Source: a virus
Strand: one strand, 5' to 3'
DNA length: 64,000 nt
IMG/VR virus record: IMGVR_UViG_3300044737_000031
Span: 5,060 to 69,059 of that record
Shown here: in pieces, positions 1 through 8,393 of the stretch
Numbering within the stretch: position 1 is the stretch's first letter
How the letters are laid out: the number at the start of each line of letters is the position of its first letter
The notes under the pieces: generated by a model
Database searches by the model: none
What the model was told of the DNA's origin: nothing
Seen by the model: only the letters and a program-made list of their open reading frames with translations
Position numbers and translations under genes: made by a program

Positions 1-426
1 CACGGCCGATGGCTTTTGCTGTTTGCGAAAGAAAAACCGTGCGCCGAAATCGGAAAGCCACTTGGCCCTATCGGTGTCGAATTCGATTTGGGATAAATCG
101 ATTACCGCGGATATGCGCCGATCCACGATCAGATCGGCAATGCGCCGGCCGCTTCCCGGCTCAAGCGGCACATCCCCATGCAACCCGCCAAACACGGGAA
201 TGGAAAACCCCGGCTCGCCTTTCTTGGCCCCGGCGCGCAATCCCCACCACACGCCAACGGGATCGATGGCCACAATTTGTGCGCCGGCGTCCAGCATGCA
301 TTCGGCCAGCTTGGTGGCCCCGTAGGTTTTGCCGCTGCCGATCGTACCGAGGAAACCAAAGCGTTGCGTGATGGCGGCAAGCGGCAACTTGAGGCCGTCG
401 CCTAACGATAGCTCCCGCTTGCTCAC
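1..426 (-). CDS. HerA/DUF87-like P-loop ATPase, N-terminal part (runs off left edge)
   Basis: Not in the ORF track. Manual translation from GTG at 426 (GTGA overlap with the upstream stop) gives ...TQRFGFLGTIGSGKTYGATKLAECMLDAGAQIVAIDPVGVWWGLR...PVFGGLHGDVPLEP: Walker A (GxxGSGKT) plus the hhDPxG motif of HerA/FtsK-family ATPases. Confidence 0.8.
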   Translation of the reverse strand, partial: MSKRELSLGDGLKLPLAAITQRFGFLGTIGSGKTYGATKLAECMLDAGAQIVAIDPVGVWWGLRAGAKKGEPGFSIPVFGGLHGDVPLEPGSGRRIADLIVDRRISAVIDLSQIEFDTDRAKWLSDFGARFFFRKQQKPSAV

Positions 427-1148
427 AATGCGGATTCGATCTTTTCCCCGTGGCCGTCTTTACTGGTATCCACGTCTTGAATTTTCTTGCGCGGCACCTT
501 GCTTATATCGGCCGCGGTGAGCGGAAAGATTGCCTTGCCACTCGCCTGATCCCAACCGGTTGCACCCGGCGGCAACGGGCCGTAATGCGCAATCAATTCC
601 TCGTGCGAATACTCGCGCGGTGTTTCGCCAATCGGTTTTCCATGTTCAACGCCGGTGGTATCGGGCACCACTGGCACCAATCCCGGTTCCGGTGGTTGCG
701 GTGGTGGCTCGGCATTGGCCGTGGCCGCTGGCGTCTGATCGGACGGCGGTATGAGTGGCGGGGTAAGATCAAGCATGCGCCGCACGAGCGGCCCGGCCGG
801 CGGCTCGGCCGTGCCGAATGCCTCGCCTTCCACGTGCTCTAATAGATCAACCGCATTGGCACGATCCAACACGCGCAATCCGCTTTCGATGGCCTTGGCC
901 AAATCAGGATCGGCCACCCCACCGCGCGTGTTAAGCTCGCGCACGATATCCGCCACCCCACCTTGACCAATGGAACGCATCACCGCATCCGCATCCCAAT
1001 CGGCTTTGGCCGGGCCGGCGTTACCCGCCAATGCCGCCGCAAGCTGTTTCTGCAATACTGATTTCTCGGCCGTCAACGTTTCGATGCGGCCCCGGTCGGC
1101 CGATACCCGGCCGATCAATGCGCGGATCAATTGGCTTATCGTGATCAT
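423..1148 (-). CDS. hypothetical protein, N-terminal coiled coil and Pro-rich C-terminal half
   Basis: ORF 423..1466 trimmed to ATG 1148 (MITISQLIRALIG), which has an A/C-rich leader ending CCGCACA; stop coupled to the next GTG. Confidence 0.6.
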   Translation of the reverse strand: MITISQLIRALIGRVSADRGRIETLTAEKSVLQKQLAAALAGNAGPAKADWDADAVMRSIGQGGVADIVRELNTRGGVADPDLAKAIESGLRVLDRANAVDLLEHVEGEAFGTAEPPAGPLVRRMLDLTPPLIPPSDQTPAATANAEPPPQPPEPGLVPVVPDTTGVEHGKPIGETPREYSHEELIAHYGPLPPGATGWDQASGKAIFPLTAADISKVPRKKIQDVDTSKDGHGEKIESAL

Positions 1149-1614
1149 TGTGCGGTGTCCTTTGGTTTGAGTTTGAATCCAACGCATCGCATAATGTTTT
1201 ATGCTCGGCAAGACAATTCCGCCGCCGCCATGCGCGCAACATTCTGATCCCGTAGGCGCACGCGTCCCGCTCACTGTACTTGCCGCGCGCGCCCCACACC
1301 CGATACCCGCGTGGGTGCTTGGATTGCCAGCAATGGCGCGCCTCGTGCGCGGTGATGTACACAATTGATTCCTCTTGGTTGTATAACCACACCGGCAAGT
1401 AATGGCCGCACTTGCGGTGCGCGTGCCGATGCATCGGATACTTATCCTTGTCATCCACTCGCACAAGGATGTGCCCGCTTCCGCCGCGGCCGCGTGATCC
1501 GTATTTGGCCTTGGTGAATTGCACCAACCGAATTCGTATGCCGGCCGGGCGCACGAATCGTACTATTTCCCTGAGTGTTTCGTTAGGTATTGAAGTTGAG
1601 TTTTTGAATTGCAT
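1021..1614 (-). CDS. putative zincin-like metallopeptidase (HExxH)
   Basis: YITAHEARHCWQ followed by SERDACAYG (downstream Glu), the ImmA/IrrE/SprT-type arrangement; 3' end overlaps the next gene by about 130 bp. Confidence 0.6.
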   Translation of the reverse strand: MQFKNSTSIPNETLREIVRFVRPAGIRIRLVQFTKAKYGSRGRGGSGHILVRVDDKDKYPMHRHAHRKCGHYLPVWLYNQEESIVYITAHEARHCWQSKHPRGYRVWGARGKYSERDACAYGIRMLRAWRRRNCLAEHKTLCDALDSNSNQRTPHNDHDKPIDPRIDRPGIGRPGPHRNVDGREISIAETACGGIGG

Positions 1615-1717
1615 TCCACTAATTTACCAAATCGCGTTTTGCGGAATGCGCGAAAACGGCCCTTTTCGGCCGTTCGCTCTATCGTGGGAAAATATTTCTT
1701 GACGCGATTTCTCGAAA

Positions 1718-2335
1718 CTACGGGTTGCGGTTCACACTCAAGATTCCACGCGTCAAAAACCCGTGCCACGTTGGCGTTTGAATTGAGCCGGCCCCGGCCG
1801 CACACGTGTATCCATTCTTGCCCACGGTGAGGTTGGGCGGCTCGCCTTCACGCACCCAACACTTGTGCACGTGATCGTGTTTCATCGTGCAATTGTTTGC
1901 CACGCCATCAATGTGCCAGTGCGTGCCGCATGGACATATTACCATCAACGATTTTCCGTCCGGCCCTTCCCACATGGGATGGCCATGCAACCATTCCGCA
2001 TCCCACATCGCGCCCGGCGGTGCATCGCTTAACGCCAATTCCTCGCCGGTGTCCTGTCGAACATAAATCGAATCAGTGAAAATTTGCCAAGTATCCGAGG
2101 CCGAAAATTCATACCCGCATTGGCAGTGAGTTGGCCAACGATCATCGCCGGCAAACGCGGCCTCGTTCTGCGCCCTGATGATCGGCTCGTGGTACGGGAT
2201 CACATCCAACGGCGCATGCGCGTTGTGATACCCGTGATTAAACTGGCACGTCGAACCGGATGCGTACCGGCGAAAGGTACGTTTAAGCTTGCGCGCCGGC
2301 GTTAAGAGAAAGCACCGGATATCGCCGGGGATCAC
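1718..2335 (-). CDS. phage hypothetical protein, Cys/His-rich (possible metal-binding)
   Basis: GTG start coupled to the upstream stop; motifs PPGAMWDAEW, CPCGTHWHIDG, HKCWVREGEPPNLTV, GSIQTPTWHGFL. Confidence 0.65.
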   Translation of the reverse strand: MIPGDIRCFLLTPARKLKRTFRRYASGSTCQFNHGYHNAHAPLDVIPYHEPIIRAQNEAAFAGDDRWPTHCQCGYEFSASDTWQIFTDSIYVRQDTGEELALSDAPPGAMWDAEWLHGHPMWEGPDGKSLMVICPCGTHWHIDGVANNCTMKHDHVHKCWVREGEPPNLTVGKNGYTCAAGAGSIQTPTWHGFLTRGILSVNRNP

Positions 2336-2943
2336 GCCGGGATAAGATGTGCGAGCGCTTCCAAGCGTTGCACACTCGGCCCAATCAGATCGGGCGCGAT
2401 GGCATGGCCCGGCCCGCTCCCCGGAAAGACGACATACACGCAATCAGTCACGCTATTGCCAATCGTGGCCGCGTGCTTATCGGTGACATTCGGCCCCACA
2501 ATCCCGCTGGCCCGGCCGGCGTAAATGCTGATTTCGCCAATCTTTTTCATTGGGCCAGTGTCGTACACTTGGCACGCCACAAGCGCCCCGTGCCACACGA
2601 TCAGCGAGAAATCGCCAACCTTGCATCCAAACTGATGTTGCAGCACCGGCGGTATTACAATGCCGGGGAAGTGTCGGGAATCGCACGAAGTGCCGCCGCT
2701 GTAGCGCAATGACGTATCGGGCAAGCACCAAGGATCAACCGCTTTCGAACAACCCGGCCCATCGGTGTCAATGTCCGCATCGGCCGTTAAGATCACCACT
2801 TTGGGCGTGTCGAACGAAATCACCCCACCGAAAATTAAACCCTCAAGCTTGAGCGGATTGAGCTTGGCGTTTTGCCACGGCAATTTGCCATCACCGAGAA
2901 ATGCCTTGGCGTGATCGGGAAGATAGATTTTCGTTTCGCTCAT
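2332..2943 (-). CDS. GH75 chitosanase-like glycoside hydrolase, probable endolysin
   Basis: ADIDTDG, DTSLRY, IVIPP and VYDTGP..KIGEIS motifs match the GH75 pattern with Asp and Glu retained; lies downstream of holin- and spanin-like genes. Confidence 0.75.
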   Translation of the reverse strand: MSETKIYLPDHAKAFLGDGKLPWQNAKLNPLKLEGLIFGGVISFDTPKVVILTADADIDTDGPGCSKAVDPWCLPDTSLRYSGGTSCDSRHFPGIVIPPVLQHQFGCKVGDFSLIVWHGALVACQVYDTGPMKKIGEISIYAGRASGIVGPNVTDKHAATIGNSVTDCVYVVFPGSGPGHAIAPDLIGPSVQRLEALAHLIPA

Positions 2944-2947
2944 AAAT

Positions 2948-3151
2948 TTAATTCCAACGGCCGTGTTGCGCTTCTTCCCACATCCAGATCACCACGATGG
3001 CGATAAAAGTAAATAGCAACAGGATCGGCAATAGGCAATAAAACCAATTCCAGCCGATCACATGAAAGATGCGCAAGATCGGTAAGGCGATGCACGAAAC
3101 GGCCCACGCGATTTCAAACGCGATGACTAAATATTGCCAAGCGCTTTTCAT
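2948..3151 (-). CDS. small two-TM membrane protein
   Basis: 67 aa with two hydrophobic stretches, in the lysis region. Confidence 0.6.
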   Translation of the reverse strand: MKSAWQYLVIAFEIAWAVSCIALPILRIFHVIGWNWFYCLLPILLLFTFIAIVVIWMWEEAQHGRWN

Positions 3152-3552
3152 AGCTTCAAATGATCCAGCCGCATTTGATTCATAATGGTGAATCGCACCG
3201 CAACCTCGTACGTGACTCGCCAGTAATCGCCCTCTTTGGTTATCCCAATACGATCACCCGGCTTGATCCCACCGGCGATTTTATCGCCATACGCGGCCAA
3301 GAGGCCATCGTATCGCGCGAGCTTGTGCGAATCCCACAACCGGCCATGGGCATTGTACGCGCCGGCCACATCGCCACTGGTTTGCGTGTTACCCGAAAAG
3401 GATGGTACGCGCGATTCGACTTGGCCCGGCACCACCGTTTGATGGTAGGCGGCCATATCGTGCCGCTCTGGCCCGCGATGGCATGCCGGCAATGGCAACA
3501 CGGCCACGAATGCCGCGGTTAAAACGAGAAAGTGTAAAGTGCGCTTGATCAT
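3148..3552 (-). CDS. lipoprotein, candidate o-spanin
   Basis: MIKRTLHFLVLTAAFVAVLPLPAC: basic n-region, hydrophobic h-region, lipobox-like Cys; ATGA-coupled to the upstream gene. Confidence 0.55.
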   Translation of the reverse strand: MIKRTLHFLVLTAAFVAVLPLPACHRGPERHDMAAYHQTVVPGQVESRVPSFSGNTQTSGDVAGAYNAHGRLWDSHKLARYDGLLAAYGDKIAGGIKPGDRIGITKEGDYWRVTYEVAVRFTIMNQMRLDHLKL

Positions 3553-3788
3553 TCGGCGTCCATTTCTTCCAACCGCTTTTCGGCCGCATCTTTTTCGGCC
3601 TTGGTTGCCGTGGTGGATGCGAGCACACCATTGAGCCGGTTGATTTCGTTGGTGCGATTAACCGCCAATTGCGCGGTTGCGCCCTCTTTCATTTCCGGCG
3701 TGTTGGCCAAATCGCGCTTGGCATTCCAAGCTTTCAGCGCACCCGAAATAATATCGAGTGCGGGAGTGAGCCAACCAAATCCAATCAT
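3549..3788 (-). CDS. small protein, candidate i-spanin-like partner
   Basis: Amphipathic N-terminus and helical/coiled-coil C-terminus, directly upstream of the lipoprotein. Confidence 0.45.
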   Translation of the reverse strand: MIGFGWLTPALDIISGALKAWNAKRDLANTPEMKEGATAQLAVNRTNEINRLNGVLASTTATKAEKDAAEKRLEEMDAE

Positions 3789-3808
3789 AGTGCGGGGAGA
3801 TTAAAGGT

Positions 3809-4837
3809 TTACCGTCGCGCGTAGTATCGGCCGTTGCGAATGTACCCGAGTACCGCCGGCCGGTTTAATCGAAACTCGCCAGTTTTGATCGTAGCCGCGG
3901 CCGGGCTGGTAATCCGTTTCCACGCGTTGATGGAATCGTTGATGCCGGCCGCGATATCCACCGCCGCTTTCAATAAAAGCTTTGGATCACCGCTCAGTAA
4001 GTTGATACCTAACGAGTAAATGTGCGTCAGACTTGCGGACATTTCCTGATATTGCGGATCGGGCGGAAGCGCCGCCAGTAAGGCCGCTTGGAATTGGTCC
4101 GGCGTCATGCCTGATGCCGCGCTAACGATACCAACAATCTTGGACGTGGCCGCAATCGTGGCATCCCGTTGCGCCGGGGTGAGCGCGAAAGCAAACACAC
4201 CATCGGTGGCCAGTGCGGCGAGCGGCCGTATTTCCGGCTCACTCAACGTCACAACCTCGCGCACCTTGGCGGCCGCGGTGCCCTTGATTTGCTGGCTGCC
4301 GGTGGTTTCGCATGCCACACCGAGAAACGAAAAGCTCAACAGAAGCGCCGCCATCAGTGCGGTGACAACTGGCGCGCTGCCACTTCCACCGGCCGGTTTG
4401 GCCGGGCCAGTCACGGGCGGTTTGTTTTGCTGCACCGGTTCCGCGTTCACCAAAGATGCGGCGATATCCTCGGCCACGGTCGGATCAAAGATTTCGCCTT
4501 TCGGAAAATCCTTCATTTCGCCGTTGCCATAACGGATGGTGGCGGTATCGCCCATCAGCTTAACGAGCCGGCCGTTTTCGCCGATGCTCGGATGCGCAAT
4601 GGGTTGATCGAAAAGAAACTGGCCACTCGCCGCGGCCGCCTTGGCTTGATTGATCACATCGGACACTTGCGCCGTTGTCACGGCCGCTTGTGGTTGCCAC
4701 GGTTTCGAATTCAATGGCTTAACCGCTTTGACGGCCGCCGTTTTATCCTTGGGCGCTTCCGCGCCGGCAAATTCGGGATGATCGTTGATCGGCTCGGTAA
4801 CAATACCGGCCGCGTTTGGGGTTGGAGTATCAGCCAT
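3809..4837 (-). CDS. membrane-associated protein with internal lipobox-like segment
   Basis: About 160-aa soluble N-domain, then VVTALMAALLLSFSFLGVAC and a helical C-domain. Confidence 0.6.
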   Translation of the reverse strand: MADTPTPNAAGIVTEPINDHPEFAGAEAPKDKTAAVKAVKPLNSKPWQPQAAVTTAQVSDVINQAKAAAASGQFLFDQPIAHPSIGENGRLVKLMGDTATIRYGNGEMKDFPKGEIFDPTVAEDIAASLVNAEPVQQNKPPVTGPAKPAGGSGSAPVVTALMAALLLSFSFLGVACETTGSQQIKGTAAAKVREVVTLSEPEIRPLAALATDGVFAFALTPAQRDATIAATSKIVGIVSAASGMTPDQFQAALLAALPPDPQYQEMSASLTHIYSLGINLLSGDPKLLLKAAVDIAAGINDSINAWKRITSPAAATIKTGEFRLNRPAVLGYIRNGRYYARR

Positions 4838-4849
4838 AATTTTTTCTCG

Positions 4850-5293
4850 TTAGGTTTTGCCGCCGGTGCCCGGTGGGATTGGTCGCAAAGGTAAGGCCGC
4901 GTGTGGTTCGGGCGCAACTGCAATCTGTGGCACTGCTATGTTGCCGCCGGCGTCTTGTTCGATCGTACCGCCCATCACATTCTTGGATTTGGAGTGATGC
5001 GCGAAACGTTGCCCGGCGATACCGGCGATAATTGCCGCGGAAAAGGTAAGCCAAAAGCGCCATTTTGCCGGCACCGCGTACAGAATAAATTGCACGGTCG
5101 GATCAATGTCATTGGTGCCCGTGGCCGTGGCCGCCTGATTGATCGAAACGCAAAGGCCAACCACGCCAGTACCAACGGCCGCGATGGTGCCCCAAAAAGT
5201 TGTGCGCCAGTTGGCACCGAGAGCGCTGGCCATCATGCCGGGTTGCGGAATCTTCACCAATTCGCCCGGCGGGACTTGGATGGGATCGGCCAT
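4850..5293 (-). CDS. holin-like membrane protein
   Basis: Start at ATG 5293 (MADPIQV); NWRTTFWGTIAAVGTGVVGLC and WLTFSAAIIAGIAG TM segments, basic tail; first gene of the lysis block. Confidence 0.6.
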   Translation of the reverse strand: MADPIQVPPGELVKIPQPGMMASALGANWRTTFWGTIAAVGTGVVGLCVSINQAATATGTNDIDPTVQFILYAVPAKWRFWLTFSAAIIAGIAGQRFAHHSKSKNVMGGTIEQDAGGNIAVPQIAVAPEPHAALPLRPIPPGTGGKT

Positions 5294-5305
5294 GTGCGAG
5301 CAATT

Positions 5306-5321
5306 AGCCCCAATTGAGGCT
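5306..5321. promoter_or_regulatory. palindrome A (variant AGCCCCAATTGAGGCT) in the spacer of a predicted holin promoter
   Basis: Minus strand reads TTGCAA-17 nt containing the palindrome-TAATTG-ctcgcac-ATG. Confidence 0.65.
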
Positions 5322-5331
5322 CGTTGCAACA

Positions 5332-6141
5332 CTAAAAACTTGACGCCAGCCGTTGCCAGTTTTCTGGCGCGATTTCACGGGCGCGTTTTTCCATCCGTTC
5401 TTTCATGCCCGCCTCGTGTTTTGAGTAGCCGAGTAAGTGTGTGTACCCGGCGCGGATGGCCTCGTGATCGTGTAACCCGGTGAGGATCGTGGCCGGACGG
5501 ATACCGTAAAAGCTCGTGAATGCCCACAAGCCGAATTGCTCAAGCATGATGGATGCGCGCGTGCCGCCCATTGATTGCCAGAGCGCAAGGTTGCGCTCGG
5601 CTATGTCCAAAGATTCTTGCGCATACTCAACGAGAAAGCGCCAATCCCAACCGCCAATAATTCCGGTGTTGTAAGCAACGGCCGCATGCCGGGCCAGTGC
5701 GGCCGCCCATTCAATGTTGGCGTAACGGATACCGGCGCGGGTTTCGTGGAATGGATAGGCCCACATATTTTCTTGTTCGCTGAAACTTTCCGGCGATTGG
5801 GCGAATACTTGCGCACGATCCACGCTTGGCCGTTCCCACAAAAACACATCACCATCCAGATGAATGAACGGGCCGCGCTGCATGGCGAATGTCGCGATTT
5901 TTCCGAGCGCCCACACGCCATTCAATCCGGCCGGGTTGAAATCTTCCAATCCGATTCCAACGCTCGTAAACGGCAACGCCAACCGATCAATCAAGTGGTA
6001 GCGGCCGGCCTCATCCGTTTCTAAGTGTAATGAATCGTAATGCCGGCGCGCCAGTCGCACCGAAAGAATCAGGCAAAGGGCGGTGAGATATCCGACATGG
6101 CCGCCGCTTGGCCGAGTCCAAAGCGACATTACAGCCCTCAC
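5332..6141 (-). CDS. DUF6734-like putative GT-A glycosyltransferase
   Basis: SLWTRP, LSVRLARRHY, WALGKI, PFIHLDGDVFLW (DxD), YNTGIIGG, LEQ and GYTHLLG motifs. Confidence 0.65.
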   Translation of the reverse strand: MRAVMSLWTRPSGGHVGYLTALCLILSVRLARRHYDSLHLETDEAGRYHLIDRLALPFTSVGIGLEDFNPAGLNGVWALGKIATFAMQRGPFIHLDGDVFLWERPSVDRAQVFAQSPESFSEQENMWAYPFHETRAGIRYANIEWAAALARHAAVAYNTGIIGGWDWRFLVEYAQESLDIAERNLALWQSMGGTRASIMLEQFGLWAFTSFYGIRPATILTGLHDHEAIRAGYTHLLGYSKHEAGMKERMEKRAREIAPENWQRLASSF

Positions 6142-6144
6142 GGT

Positions 6145-6870
6145 CTAACTAACCGTAATTTGAAAAATGTAATGCTTAAGCAAGACAAAGGAGCTATCAC
6201 GCACATCCACCGTAACTATGTAATTGCCGGCCAACGGTGTGCCGCCGATATGCATTCCACTGCCACCGCCCGGCATCGCACCGGTATTCACAACAACGCT
6301 TGGATCGGATGGTGTGAAGGTGGCTTGAAAAACTGCCGCGTTGTACGGGAAATCGAAATTCAATGCCTGTCCAACGGTACTTGTCAGATGCACCGCGCCA
6401 TCAATCCCGGTTGTAGGTGGCGGGGTGAAATCAGGATTCAACACCGGATATATAATCAGACCGGCGCTAAAGCCGGATGTTTGCCCGGCCGGGCCAAATA
6501 CAGCGTTCACATTTAGCACCACGCTTGAGCCAATGGCGCTTGCCGGTGGAATGCCGCTCAAGGTGAATCCTTGGCCGTTGCCGGCAATCGTGATTGTCAG
6601 CCATGGCGCGGTGTAACCGCTGGCCAACGCCACCGTTAAATTACTGACTGGCGCGCCAGAAAACCCAAATCCTAACGAGTTGGGATTTTCGGCACCCATC
6701 CGGCCGCTCGGCCCGTTGAATGAAACGAGTACGGGGAAGCTGGCCACCAACGAAGCGCCCACGCCTGATCCCGAATAATACGAGCCGCCGGTACCAATCG
6801 GCCGGGATAACGCGCGGCGAATGCCCTTGCCGCGACCCATCCAACCCAACCCGGCCGGCGAAAACGCCAT
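6145..6870 (-). CDS. virion-type protein with two putative Ig-like (He_PIG-type) domains
   Basis: APWLTI...TLSGIPP and MHIGGTP.AGNYIVTVDVRDS repeats; Gly-rich N-terminus. Confidence 0.55.
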   Translation of the reverse strand: MAFSPAGLGWMGRGKGIRRALSRPIGTGGSYYSGSGVGASLVASFPVLVSFNGPSGRMGAENPNSLGFGFSGAPVSNLTVALASGYTAPWLTITIAGNGQGFTLSGIPPASAIGSSVVLNVNAVFGPAGQTSGFSAGLIIYPVLNPDFTPPPTTGIDGAVHLTSTVGQALNFDFPYNAAVFQATFTPSDPSVVVNTGAMPGGGSGMHIGGTPLAGNYIVTVDVRDSSFVLLKHYIFQITVS

Positions 6871-7286
6871 CAGTTATCCTTGATCGTAAACGTTTGGCCG
6901 GTAGTCGCGCCGATGATCGAAATACTTTGCGTGGGAATAAACGAATCCCACGTGGCCGTGTCGCCAGCCACGATTCGCACCGATGGTTGCCCAACCACCG
7001 CGCTAATTCCGAAATTCACCCATTCATCGCCCGCGGAATTATTTTGCACCATCAGATAGTGCCGATCCACATTTGCGCTTGTTACAACCTGCGCAGTTCC
7101 GCCGGCCGTGATCGATCCCGAATGATCTACCAACGCGCCGCGGTTGTTGGCCAGCGAAAGCAATTTCTGCAACGTGTCTAATTGCGAATCGCCGTTGACC
7201 GGCTGCGTGGTGTCCCACTGCATCACGCCGGCAATGGCGGCCACCGCAATAAACAATCCAAGGAAATGTATGTGGCGTGCTTTCAT
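6870..7286 (-). CDS. beta-rich virion-type protein with N-terminal signal peptide
   Basis: MKARHIHFLGLFIAVAAIA|G; C-domain DHSGSITAGGTAQ...RHYLMVQNNSAGDEWVNFG resembles small phage jelly-roll proteins; TTGACG-17-GATTCT just upstream. Confidence 0.6.
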   Translation of the reverse strand: MKARHIHFLGLFIAVAAIAGVMQWDTTQPVNGDSQLDTLQKLLSLANNRGALVDHSGSITAGGTAQVVTSANVDRHYLMVQNNSAGDEWVNFGISAVVGQPSVRIVAGDTATWDSFIPTQSISIIGATTGQTFTIKDN

Positions 7287-7332
7287 CTTGGCCGAAAGAA
7301 TCCGGCCGCCGGGCCGGTGCGTCAATCCAATT

Positions 7333-7830
7333 CTAAGGGCGCTTGTCGGCCGGCCCCTTATAGCTCGGTGCCGGTAAATTGCGCTCTTTGATATCGTGAT
7401 TGGTTAAACCCAAATCCTGTTGCCACTCCATTTGGCGCAACCGGGCCAGATCACACGATGGCCCCAACGTGAATACGCCCCATTCCTTCACCATGGCGTT
7501 GTATGCCGCCTCGTTAGACGAAAGGCGCGTGTATGCGCTAAACGCCTGATCATACCCGGCCTCTTTGGCCACGAATCGTTTGGCAACCTCGGTGTTGTTA
7601 TCCACATGATTGAGTACGCCGAAAATATACCAAAGCGCCCCGATAATGAGCATCCCGCCGCCGATCACGCCGGCCACGAGCTTTTTAAAATTGTCCGCAA
7701 CGTTGGATGCCCGTTGCAACTGCATCGCAATCGTATGCGTAGGGCTTGGCGGCCCGGCCAGCATGTTGAGCACTTCCGAAAGTGTTTCGGGGTTTACGTG
7801 TGCGGGCAATTGAACATTGTGATGCGCCAT
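7333..7830 (-). CDS. single-pass membrane protein
   Basis: TM segment LVAGVIGGGMLIIGALWYIFGVL; immediately downstream of the receiver-domain gene. Confidence 0.65.
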   Translation of the reverse strand: MAHHNVQLPAHVNPETLSEVLNMLAGPPSPTHTIAMQLQRASNVADNFKKLVAGVIGGGMLIIGALWYIFGVLNHVDNNTEVAKRFVAKEAGYDQAFSAYTRLSSNEAAYNAMVKEWGVFTLGPSCDLARLRQMEWQQDLGLTNHDIKERNLPAPSYKGPADKRP

Positions 7831-7844
7831 TTCAAAATTCCCTC

Positions 7845-8303
7845 TTATCCCTTTTTATATCCATTCGCTAGTTGTGGCGCGAGCACTCGTTGCGCATGCA
7901 CGAAAATAATTTCATCCAACATGTACCGCACTGATATTTCGTCTTTGGCGTACATGTTGCGCGCGCCGCGTGCGCCGCAATTCGCCTTCAACCATGCGCC
8001 TTCGCTTGATCGATCCCCGGCCATGGCGGTGAGAATGAAAACCACCCGGCGAGTATTAAAGAATGGGATTTGCTCTATTGTTTCTTCCCACTTGGAATCT
8101 GGAAAATCCAAATCCAGTAAAACAATGTCCGGCTCATCCTCCAACACGGCCTTTTTGCCGAGCGCCAACGTTGCTTCCCACCGCACTTCACGCGTTGAGT
8201 TTGGCAAGTTTTGTTCAATCAATCGTATGACGCTTTGCACCCACGCGGCATTGTCATCAACGATTAAGATACGGAGAAATTTCCGGTGATCAGGCACGGC
8301 CAA
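7845..8303 (-). CDS. stand-alone response-regulator receiver (CheY-like) protein
   Basis: ILIVDD acidic pocket, PDIVLLDLD phospho-acceptor Asp, FILTA Thr and YAKD Lys all present; no output domain. Confidence 0.85.
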   Translation of the reverse strand: MAVPDHRKFLRILIVDDNAAWVQSVIRLIEQNLPNSTREVRWEATLALGKKAVLEDEPDIVLLDLDFPDSKWEETIEQIPFFNTRRVVFILTAMAGDRSSEGAWLKANCGARGARNMYAKDEISVRYMLDEIIFVHAQRVLAPQLANGYKKG

Positions 8304-8393
8304 GGGAAGTTTGGGGTTGGCAATCTAGGCGCGTGCGGCAACTAAGATGCTGGCGCAGTTATCGCCCGGCCGTGATCGACTGGCAAGCGCTGA

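Noticed and set aside
1149-1466. Long N-terminal extension of ORF 423-1466
   Set aside because: It overlaps the HExxH gene; ATG 1148 has a typical leader
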